Below are positions 9,804 to 16,768 of a stretch of DNA of 64,000 bases, one piece after another (the stretch's first letter is position 1; each line of letters opens with the position of its first letter). The stretch comes from Patescibacteria group bacterium (GTDB taxonomy: Bacteria; Patescibacteriota; Patescibacteriia; JAXHNJ01), in NCBI GenBank assembly GCA_041649715.1, contig JBAZMP010000001.1:210741-274740 (forward strand). The letters run 5' to 3'. The notes beneath the pieces are model-generated. The model was not told the origin of the DNA, did no database searches, and was given only the letters and a program-made list of their open reading frames with translations. The position numbers were made by a program, and so were the translations under genes.

Positions 9804-11153
9804 ATGTCTTTAAAGGGGAAAAACAAAACCATATACGTCTGTTCGCACTGCGGCTCCCAGTTTCCCAAATGGCTGGGCCGCTGTTCCGAGTGCGGCGCCT
9901 GGGGCACTTTGGCTCCAGAAATTGCGTTGCCGCCTGACCGGAAGCAGCAGATCACCGGTCGCGTCGGGGAGTTGACTGATTTTTCGCGGGTCGTGGGCCG
10001 GGATTTTTCCCGCCTAAGAACAAATTTAACGGAATTAGACCGGGTGATGGGCGGCGGACTGGTGCCTGGTTCTTTGGTGTTGCTGACCGGCGAGCCCGGG
10101 ATCGGCAAATCCACCCTGGTTTTACAGATGATAAATCTATTGAATGAGGAAACGGTCTATGTCTCCGGCGAAGAATCACCCGAGCAAATAAAATTGCGGG
10201 CGGACCGGATCGGCCTGAAATCCGCAAAATTAAAATTCCTTTCCGAAACAAATATCGATAATATTATCGCCACGCTGGCTTCCGCCCGGCCAAAAGTGGC
10301 GGTTGTCGATTCTATTCAGACGATTTTTTGGGAAGATCTGCCTTCTGAATCCGGCAGCCCGGCGCAAATCAAGGTCTGCACGGTAAAATTGATGGAGCTG
10401 GCCAAGAAAAGCGATATTGTCATAATAATTATCGGCCATGTGACAAAAGAAGGAATCCTGGCCGGGCCAAAAACCATGGAGCATTTAGTGGATACGGTTT
10501 TATACCTGGAAGGCGACCGTTACCATGCTTTTCGGCTTTTGCGGGCCACCAAGAATCGTTTCGGCGCCACTTCCGAAGTGGGCGTTTTTGACATGCAAGC
10601 CGGCGGTCTGGTGGAAGTTAATAATCCTTCGGCGGTTTTTTTGGCGGAAAGGCAAAAGTCGCCCGGATCGAGCGTCGTCGCCATCATCGAAGGCTCACGG
10701 GCTTTTTTGGTTGAGATCCAGGCTTTAGTCAATACGACCGTTTTCGGGCTGCCCAGAAGAACGGCCAATGGGGTGGATTTTAACCGTCTGCAGATGATAA
10801 TCGCTGTGCTGGCCAAGCGTTGCGGCTTCCGTTTAGGCAATCAGGATATTTACGTGAATGTGGTCGGCGGTTTTAAAGTGACTGAGCCAGCCGTGGATCT
10901 GGCCATTGCCCTGGCAATCGCCTCGGCCTTTAAGAATAAATTTATCCCGGAAAAAACGGTTGTTTTAGGCGAGATCGGTCTAGGCGGAGAGATCCGCACG
11001 GTTTCGCAAGGGGAAAAGAGATTGAATGAGATCGAAAAAATGGGTTTTAAGGATGTGATCTTGAGCGCCAATGATAAAATCAGCCGGCCAAAACTGAATC
11101 TTCTCCGCGTAAAAAATCTGGCGGAGGTAATAAAGGAAGTGATTGGATATTAA
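9804..11153 (+). CDS. radA: DNA repair protein RadA/Sms
   Basis: C4 Zn finger, GEPGIGKS, KNRFG motif, Lon-like C-terminus. Confidence 0.97.
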   Translation: MSLKGKNKTIYVCSHCGSQFPKWLGRCSECGAWGTLAPEIALPPDRKQQITGRVGELTDFSRVVGRDFSRLRTNLTELDRVMGGGLVPGSLVLLTGEPGIGKSTLVLQMINLLNEETVYVSGEESPEQIKLRADRIGLKSAKLKFLSETNIDNIIATLASARPKVAVVDSIQTIFWEDLPSESGSPAQIKVCTVKLMELAKKSDIVIIIIGHVTKEGILAGPKTMEHLVDTVLYLEGDRYHAFRLLRATKNRFGATSEVGVFDMQAGGLVEVNNPSAVFLAERQKSPGSSVVAIIEGSRAFLVEIQALVNTTVFGLPRRTANGVDFNRLQMIIAVLAKRCGFRLGNQDIYVNVVGGFKVTEPAVDLAIALAIASAFKNKFIPEKTVVLGEIGLGGEIRTVSQGEKRLNEIEKMGFKDVILSANDKISRPKLNLLRVKNLAEVIKEVIGY

Positions 11154-11168
11154 TTAAATAAAGAAATT

Positions 11169-11193
11169 AAATCAGGTTCGGCCTGATTTTTTT
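11169..11193 (+). terminator. Intrinsic terminator after radA
   Basis: AAATCAGG-ttcgg-CCTGATTT followed by a T run. Confidence 0.7.
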
Positions 11194-11197
11194 GGCG

Positions 11198-11227
11198 AAA
11201 AAAAGAAGCCCCCATTCTAGTGGCTTC
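11198..11227 (-). terminator. Intrinsic terminator after the TraR-like gene
   Basis: GAAGCC...GGCTTC hairpin followed by T7 on the minus strand. Confidence 0.6.
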
Positions 11228-11261
11228 AAGATGTTAGTTGGGGGCTTGTAGGAACAAATTA

Positions 11262-11501
11262 TTACCTTCCTCTCTCCTTTGTTTTTTTGCAGCCGGCACA
11301 GCCGCAGCATTTATCGGTATCGGGGAGGGCTTCGAGTCTATCGGGCTCGATCTGTTTTCTGCACACGATGCATGTGCCCGGTTTGATACCGAGTTCTCTG
11401 CGCTTGGCAATAACGGCGATTTTTTCCCGCCGCAATTGTTCATTGCGGGCCTCAAGGGCCAGATCTGCCGGCAACTGTCGGATCGTGTCTATCGTATCCA
11501 T
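11262..11501 (-). CDS. TraR/DksA-family C4 zinc-finger protein (short, TraR-type)
   Basis: CIVC...I...RLEALP....CCGC signature; N-terminal DxxD; AGGAGG RBS. Confidence 0.8.
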   Translation of the reverse strand: MDTIDTIRQLPADLALEARNEQLRREKIAVIAKRRELGIKPGTCIVCRKQIEPDRLEALPDTDKCCGCAGCKKTKERGR

Positions 11502-11658
11502 TGAGAGTTCCTCCTGCCAGGGAACAACGGTAACTGTAAGGGTTTGGGTGACCCTTCCTTAGAACAACAAAACGAAGCGTAAAACCTCACCTCCTTAACG
11601 CGTGAAAAGGTTTCAGGGACATTTCTTTTTTTGCAAAGAAATGATTTAAGATAAATGG

Positions 11659-11848
11659 AAATGGGGGTCAGGACAGACTTTGAGTGACAATGGTCAAAAC
11701 GCCGGCCGCAGAAAAGTTGTGGCAGAAGGAACTCCCGAAAGCCGAGAGCAACTAATCCGCAACCGCGTGACCTTGTTCCTACTCAAGACCTGGGTCTTGA
11801 GGCAGGGACCTCCCATATTGTCGGAGTCTGGCCGTTTTCCCCCCATTT
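11659..11848 (-). ncRNA. Candidate ~190-nt structured RNA (family unassigned)
   Basis: Nested helices AAATGGGGG/CCCCCATTT, CAGACT/AGTCTG, GACAAT/ATTGTC, GGTCA/TGACC, GGTTGCGGA/TCTGCGGCC, AGTTG/CAACT; G-U pairs work only on the minus strand; follows a sigma70 promoter. Confidence 0.55.
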
Positions 11849-11889
11849 TGCGAAGGTAATAGGATTGGGAATGAGCAAAAGTACTTTTT

Positions 11890-11918
11890 ATTCTAAAGTA
11901 TATTTTAAACTATGTCAA
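11890..11918 (-). promoter_or_regulatory. Sigma70-type promoter
   Basis: TTGACA-17 nt-TAGAAT. Confidence 0.7.
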
Positions 11919-11930
11919 GTCTTTGGCTTT

Positions 11931-14003
11931 TTATTCCCCGTGTATTTCTTTTTGCCACTCGCCAATTTTTTGTAAAAGGAGGGGAAATTTGGCTAGGGAC
12001 GGGTCATTTTCCATTAAAGATTTGGCCGCGGTTCGGGCTTGGGAAATTAGAGCAACGTCGGCGAGAGTTGCCATCCGGAAATCTGGCAATCCGGATTGCC
12101 TTGCCCCTATAAAATCGCCCGGGCCGCGCATTTTCAGATCGAATTCCGCCAGGCGAAAGCCGTCGCTGGTTTTTTCCAAAGCGGCCAGACGGTCGGCTGT
12201 TTTTAGGCTATCGCTTTCCGTGAAAAGAAAACAATATGATTGATGATGGCTTCTGCCGACCCGGCCCCGGAATTGATGAAGCTGGGCCAGACCGAATCTT
12301 TCCGCCCCTTCGATCATCATGACTGTGGCATTGGCAATATCAATACCCACCTCAATGACGGAAGTAGAAACGAGGATATTGATTTTATTGTTTTTAAAAT
12401 CAGCCATCACTTTTTCTTTCTCCTCCGTTTTTAGCTTGCCGTGAAGCAGGCCTATTTTCAGATCGGGAAAAACCTCATTGTTTAATTTCTCATATTCCTG
12501 TTTTACCGATTTAACCCCCAGTTTATCGGAAGATTCGATCAGGGGACAGATCACAAAGGTTTGCCGGCCGGCTTTGATTTGATTACGGATGAAATCATAG
12601 GCCTTAAAACGTTTGTCCGGGCTGACCACTTTGGTCAGGATTTTTCTTCGGCCGGCCGGCATTTCCGAGATTAAAGATAAATCCAGGTCGCCATAAACAG
12701 TTAGGGCGAGACTTCTGGGGATAGGAGTGGCGGTCATGGAGAGAAGATGGGGCATTAATTTATGGCCGGAAGAGGATTTTTCCCGCAAGGTTTTTCTTTG
12801 GGCCACGCCGAAACGGTGCTGTTCATCAACGACGACCAAAGAAAGATTTTTAAAGGTCACTTCTTCTTGGATCAAGGCGTGGGTGCCGATAACTAACTCG
12901 ATCTCACCGCTTTTTATCTTTTTTATGACGCCGGCGTGGTTTATTTTTCGGCCGCCGCTTTCTGTAAAATTACGGGTCAGCAAGGCGGTTTTTATCCGGA
13001 ACGGTTTTAAGAATTTTTTTATTTTTTCAAAATGCTGGTGGGCGAGTATTTCCGTTGGCGCCATGAAGGCGGTCTGAAAGCCGTTTCTGGCCGTATTCAG
13101 AATCGCCATAACCGCCACGATCGTCTTGCCGGAGCCGACATCCCCTTCCAATAACCTGTTCATAGGAGAGGATTTTTCCAGGTCCTTTAGAATTTCCCAG
13201 GCCGCTTTTTTCTGGCTTAGAGTCAGGGTAAAGGGGAGGGATTTAACAAATTCCCGGGTAACATTTTCCAGGAATTTAATGACCGGGGCCCGGGCTTTTT
13301 TCAGATAAATTTTATTCTGCCAGACTTGTGTTTGGATAAGAAAAAGCTCCTCAAATTTCAGGCGATTTTCCGCTTTTACCAATAAATCTTTGTTTTCCGG
13401 GAAATGGATCTGTTCTAATGCCTGGGCCAGCGGGATTAGCCGATAATTTTTTTGGATTTCGGCGGGCAGGAAATCCGGGATATTTTTTGCCGCATAGAGG
13501 ATCGATTTGATGAAAAACCGCATCTGCCTTTGGGTGATCCCGGCGGTCAGTGAATAGACGGGAACGATCCGGCCGGTATGCGTCTGCTCTTTTTTCACTT
13601 TTTCAAAAGAGGGGGAGATAAACTCGGGGGTGAGGTAATCCATCTCGACTTTGCCGGAAAGAATGATTTCGTCTCCGGGTTTCAATATTTTGGATAAGTA
13701 CGGCTGGTTGAACCAGACGATCTTGATTGAGCCGGTGTCGTCAGCGACCAGGCTTTCCGTGATGAACATTCTTCTCCGCCGGAAACTGCGGCGGCCGGTG
13801 ATCAGTTGCACCTTGCCTTTTATCGTGCAGATTTCGTGGGGTTTGACCTGATTGACTTTGACGATATGCGAAAAATCCTCGTAGCGGTAAGGAAAATAAA
13901 AAAGTAAGTCGTGGACAGTCTCGAGGTCTAAACTTTTAAGCTTGGCCGCAATCGCCGGTCCGACGCGCGGTATTTCCGAAATAGGAGAAAGATGGGTCAG
14001 CAT
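11931..14003 (-). CDS. recG: ATP-dependent DNA helicase RecG
   Basis: Wedge/OB domain, GDVGSGKT, DEQHRFG, TATPIPRS, QFRGRVGR, RGPG..G.RQSG. Confidence 0.97.
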   Translation of the reverse strand: MLTHLSPISEIPRVGPAIAAKLKSLDLETVHDLLFYFPYRYEDFSHIVKVNQVKPHEICTIKGKVQLITGRRSFRRRRMFITESLVADDTGSIKIVWFNQPYLSKILKPGDEIILSGKVEMDYLTPEFISPSFEKVKKEQTHTGRIVPVYSLTAGITQRQMRFFIKSILYAAKNIPDFLPAEIQKNYRLIPLAQALEQIHFPENKDLLVKAENRLKFEELFLIQTQVWQNKIYLKKARAPVIKFLENVTREFVKSLPFTLTLSQKKAAWEILKDLEKSSPMNRLLEGDVGSGKTIVAVMAILNTARNGFQTAFMAPTEILAHQHFEKIKKFLKPFRIKTALLTRNFTESGGRKINHAGVIKKIKSGEIELVIGTHALIQEEVTFKNLSLVVVDEQHRFGVAQRKTLREKSSSGHKLMPHLLSMTATPIPRSLALTVYGDLDLSLISEMPAGRRKILTKVVSPDKRFKAYDFIRNQIKAGRQTFVICPLIESSDKLGVKSVKQEYEKLNNEVFPDLKIGLLHGKLKTEEKEKVMADFKNNKINILVSTSVIEVGIDIANATVMMIEGAERFGLAQLHQFRGRVGRSHHQSYCFLFTESDSLKTADRLAALEKTSDGFRLAEFDLKMRGPGDFIGARQSGLPDFRMATLADVALISQARTAAKSLMENDPSLAKFPLLLQKIGEWQKEIHGE

Positions 14004-14027
14004 GCCTTAATTTTAGCACAAAAAATC

Positions 14028-14065
14028 AATAAAATAGAGGGTGCTTCCCGAAAGAAGCACCCTCT
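14028..14065 (-). terminator. Intrinsic terminator
   Basis: Perfect 12-bp stem AGAGGGTGCTTC/GAAGCACCCTCT with a T-rich tail on the minus strand. Confidence 0.7.
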
Positions 14066-14114
14066 TCAACTTGACGCGCTTTTCAGCGTTTTGACCCTAG
14101 ATCATCCGTGATTT

Positions 14115-14237
14115 TCAGGTCGAGCTGTCCTCGGTATCCTTCTTGATGAGGAACGCGCCGTTCATCTCCTGGGTCTGGTTCGCCTTGGGCCTGCTTGCGT
14201 TGCCCTCACTGATCGCCTTGGAATTGAGTACAATCAT
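14115..14237 (-). CDS. 40-aa small protein (not in the ORF track)
   Basis: MIVLNSKAISEGNASRPKANQTQEMNGAFLIKKDTEDSST; GGGAGG RBS, upstream TGnTATAAT (14412-14420), downstream terminator. Confidence 0.5.
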   Translation of the reverse strand: MIVLNSKAISEGNASRPKANQTQEMNGAFLIKKDTEDSST

Positions 14238-14432
14238 ATGGGCAATCCTCCCCGGGTTTCTGGTTGATGATTGCGGTCTCCCCACTGGTTCCTAAGATTA
14301 TCCCTAGTTCCAACCCTGGCTGGTATTTCACCCCCTTCCTTAGCGAGATTTCTCCTTTCCGGAATAATCTTAAGAAAAAAGCTGCTCAAGCAAAGGTGCA
14401 TAACTGATATAATTATAACAAATTTTGAAAAT

Positions 14433-14461
14433 AAAAAAAACTGGGGGCGATGGCCCCCCGG
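14433..14461 (-). terminator. Terminator after tRNA-Arg
   Basis: GC-rich hairpin (CCGGGGGG-ccatc-GCCCCCAG) followed by a T run on the minus strand. Confidence 0.55.
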
Positions 14462-14504
14462 TCTTTAAGAGTTTCCGCTTTAAAGCTTTATCTGCCGTCG
14501 CCTA

Positions 14505-14576
14505 TGCCCTCGAGGGGAATCGAACCCTTATTGCAGGATCCGCAATCCTGCGTCCTATCCATTGAACGACGAGGGC
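14505..14576 (-). tRNA. tRNA-Arg (GCG)
   Basis: Acceptor GCCCTCG/CGAGGGC, anticodon arm CAGGA-TT GCG GA-TCCTG, GGTTCGATTC T arm; CCA not encoded. Confidence 0.93.
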
Positions 14577-14669
14577 AAAGGTAACAGCGGATAGATTTTT
14601 TTTAATTTCCCGGGTTATCTTTACGCTTATTTTACTAAAAAAATTTTGGCAATTTCAAAAAGCCTAAAC

Positions 14670-15173
14670 TTATATCTTCAGCACGCGGCTTAAGGCATCG
14701 GAAGTGGGCTCATCTTCTTTTTCCAGATCTTCATCCAGGTACTTTTTCAGGATCTCCCGGATTTTCAGGGGATTTTCTTTCTCTAAAGGGATGGGCAGGG
14801 TCGGCCGGACAGCGCTTTTGAAGTCAAAATAGATGTTTTTTACTAAAGGCGGCTGGTAGATAATGTAGAATTTTTTAAGATCGTGAAAAGGGTAAAAATT
14901 CCGGCTTAGTTCGATCCCGTCTTCCTTGATCCGGCATTCGATTAACGGGGGTGATTGTCGGTTTTGGAGGATAAAAATAATGCCGATAATGACGATAATG
15001 AGGATAAAAAGATAATTTTTCGCGAAGATCGACCAGATCAAGACCGCCGCGGTGAGGATAAGAGCGGTAAGATACCAGGCCTTTCCTCTTTTATGAACGA
15101 TAAATTCCGGGAAGATCCAGGCGGCCAAAGTTTTACCATGGTCGATTTTTTCTTTTTGATTGTTATCCGGCAT
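14670..15173 (-). CDS. Hypothetical membrane protein (two TM + PH-like soluble domain)
   Basis: W..PEF..HKRGKAWY, TM hairpin, EDGIEL...YPF pattern. Confidence 0.7.
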   Translation of the reverse strand: MPDNNQKEKIDHGKTLAAWIFPEFIVHKRGKAWYLTALILTAAVLIWSIFAKNYLFILIIVIIGIIFILQNRQSPPLIECRIKEDGIELSRNFYPFHDLKKFYIIYQPPLVKNIYFDFKSAVRPTLPIPLEKENPLKIREILKKYLDEDLEKEDEPTSDALSRVLKI

Positions 15174-15213
15174 AGATTTTTTCTCCCATGATTTATTTTA
15201 ATTTTTGAGTTGA

Positions 15214-15228
15214 TGGCGGAGGCGGCAG
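15214..15228 (-). pseudogene. 3' fragment of a tRNA (Ser-like) ending in GCCA
   Basis: CTGC-CGCCTCC-G-CCA abutting the palindrome at 15229-15246; complementary to GGAGGCG at 15514-15508. Confidence 0.5.
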
Positions 15229-15246
15229 CCCCGCCATGCGGCGGGG
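15229..15246. repeat. REP-like palindrome CCCGYC-N4-GRCGGG (second copy at 15474-15491)
   Basis: CCCCGCC-atgc-GGCGGGG and TCCCGTC-gaat-GACGGGA. Confidence 0.6.
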
Positions 15247-15290
15247 TCTTCGCTTACGCTTCTAAATTCTCACTATGATCGGCGTCAGAA

Positions 15291-15379
15291 CGGAGGGGGT
15301 GAGATTCGAACTCACGGAACCTTTTTACGGGCTCAACGGTTTTCAAGACCGTCCCATTCAACCGCTCTGGCACCCCTCC
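15291..15379 (-). tRNA. tRNA-Ser (TGA)
   Basis: GGAGGGG acceptor, ACGGT-CT TGA AA-ACCGT, long variable arm, GTTCGAATC. Confidence 0.95.
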
Positions 15380-15489
15380 GTTCTGACGCGGAAAACTCAA
15401 CGCAATTAATAAATTATTAAAGTTTTTCTTCCTTCGGAAGATCACCCGTAGGGTGACAAGACTGTCCGACTTGTCCCGTCGAATGACGG

Positions 15490-15514
15490 GATTAAACCGC
15501 TCTCGCACGCCTCC
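15490..15514 (-). pseudogene. 5' fragment of a tRNA-Ser (acceptor strand + D arm)
   Basis: GGAGGCG-TG-CGA-GAGCGGTTTAA-TC, then broken by a palindrome; starts 6 nt after tRNA-Ser(GCT). Confidence 0.6.
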
Positions 15515-15520
15515 ATGAAA

Positions 15521-15609
15521 CGGAGAGTACAGGATTCGAACCTGTGCGGGACTTTTTAGATCCCCGCGGTTTAGCAAACCGCTGCCTTAAGCCACTCGGC
15601 CAACTCTCC
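15521..15609 (-). tRNA. tRNA-Ser (GCT)
   Basis: GGAGAGT acceptor, GCGGT-TT GCT AA-ACCGC, long variable arm, GGTTCGAATCC. Confidence 0.95.
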
Positions 15610-15636
15610 AGAAATTATATGAATTGATTGAGTTAT

Positions 15637-16026
15637 TTATCTTTTTAATTCCTTGATTTCAGGATGAAAATCAACTTGATATTCCGGTATGCCTAAAGAA
15701 ATACCATACTGTCTAGCGTCGTCGTACTGCTGTTTTTTTTGCTTATCAATGAAGAAAAATTTGTCCCGGAAAATAATATAATGATGTGTATCGTTTTTAA
15801 AATCGGCGTACCAATTATGCTCCGAATCTAATGCCTTACTAATTTTCTCTGCAAAATTATGTGCCTGATTTTCTGGAATTTCTACAGTATGAAGAGTCCA
15901 TTGTTTTATCCAGGGCGTTTTGTGCTTTTCCGTTACTTTTTCAACTTTCGTTTTTAAAATTTTAATATTATTTAAGATAGCGTTATTTTCTAAACTTTCT
16001 TCAATAATTACCCCCTTATAATTCAT
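15637..16026 (-). CDS. Hypothetical protein
   Basis: 129-aa AT-rich ORF 25 nt downstream of comF; GVIIEESL, WYADF and GIPEYQVDF segments look globular. Confidence 0.7.
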   Translation of the reverse strand: MNYKGVIIEESLENNAILNNIKILKTKVEKVTEKHKTPWIKQWTLHTVEIPENQAHNFAEKISKALDSEHNWYADFKNDTHHYIIFRDKFFFIDKQKKQQYDDARQYGISLGIPEYQVDFHPEIKELKR

Positions 16027-16051
16027 AAGTTAACCCTATTTTTTTGATTTA

Positions 16052-16714
16052 TTATCCACGGGCGATAACGAAGCCGGTTACTTCTTTCGCCCCGGCTTTT
16101 TTAAGAACTTTAGTTGCTTCCTTCATGGTACTGCCGGTGGTATAAACGTCATCTATAAGAATAACAGATTTGCCTGAAATTTCAAGAGGCTTAAGGAGAA
16201 AAAACGCGTCTTTTACGTTATTTTTCCTCGCGGCGGCGGATAATTCCACTTGCGGATGAGTATACCTTACTCTTTGTAGATTATCAACCCGTATGTTTAA
16301 ACAAAAAATTTTCGCCAGTTCTTCGCCGATGATCTGGGCCTGATTGAATCCTCGCCATCGCAAACGCCTTTTATGCAGAGGAACGGGGATCACCAGGGTT
16401 TCGGCGGGAAAACTCACCCTATATATTTTTGTGTAATAAGCCAATAGGCTTGCCAGGGCTGATCTTATGTCTTGGGCAAAATTGTATTTTAAGAGATGGA
16501 TCAGCTGTTTAACAATTTCGTTTTTATAATCGGCCATAACGACCAGACCGTCCAGACCGGGGCCTTTTTCCCGTTTGGCATCCGGTTTTTTAAATTCGAT
16601 TTTTTTAAGGCAGTTTTCGCAAAGCCACTGACCTTCTTTATTGCAACTCAAACAAAAGACCGGGAAAATAAGATCCAGAATGAATTTTTTTATTTGGCGG
16701 TATTTGAAATGCAT
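16052..16714 (-). CDS. comF: ComF-family competence protein (Zn ribbon + PRTase)
   Basis: CLSC..LCENC, PVPLH..R..WRGFNQ, LIDDVYTTGST. Confidence 0.92.
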   Translation of the reverse strand: MHFKYRQIKKFILDLIFPVFCLSCNKEGQWLCENCLKKIEFKKPDAKREKGPGLDGLVVMADYKNEIVKQLIHLLKYNFAQDIRSALASLLAYYTKIYRVSFPAETLVIPVPLHKRRLRWRGFNQAQIIGEELAKIFCLNIRVDNLQRVRYTHPQVELSAAARKNNVKDAFFLLKPLEISGKSVILIDDVYTTGSTMKEATKVLKKAGAKEVTGFVIARG

Positions 16715-16768
16715 AAAAACGGGTCTTTATAAGGGAAAGACATTCATATATTTTTTACCACCAAAAAT

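Noticed and set aside
11659-11848. Retron msr-msd RNA
   Set aside because: The terminal inverted repeat and long stem are superficially similar, but no reverse transcriptase is adjacent
15214-15514. tmRNA (tRNA-like ends about 300 nt apart)
   Set aside because: The acceptor has A3-U70 and discriminator G (Ser-like, not Ala), there is no T arm, and an intact tRNA lies inside
15254-15577. 107-aa ORF in the track
   Set aside because: It overlaps two tRNA-Ser genes on the same strand; spurious
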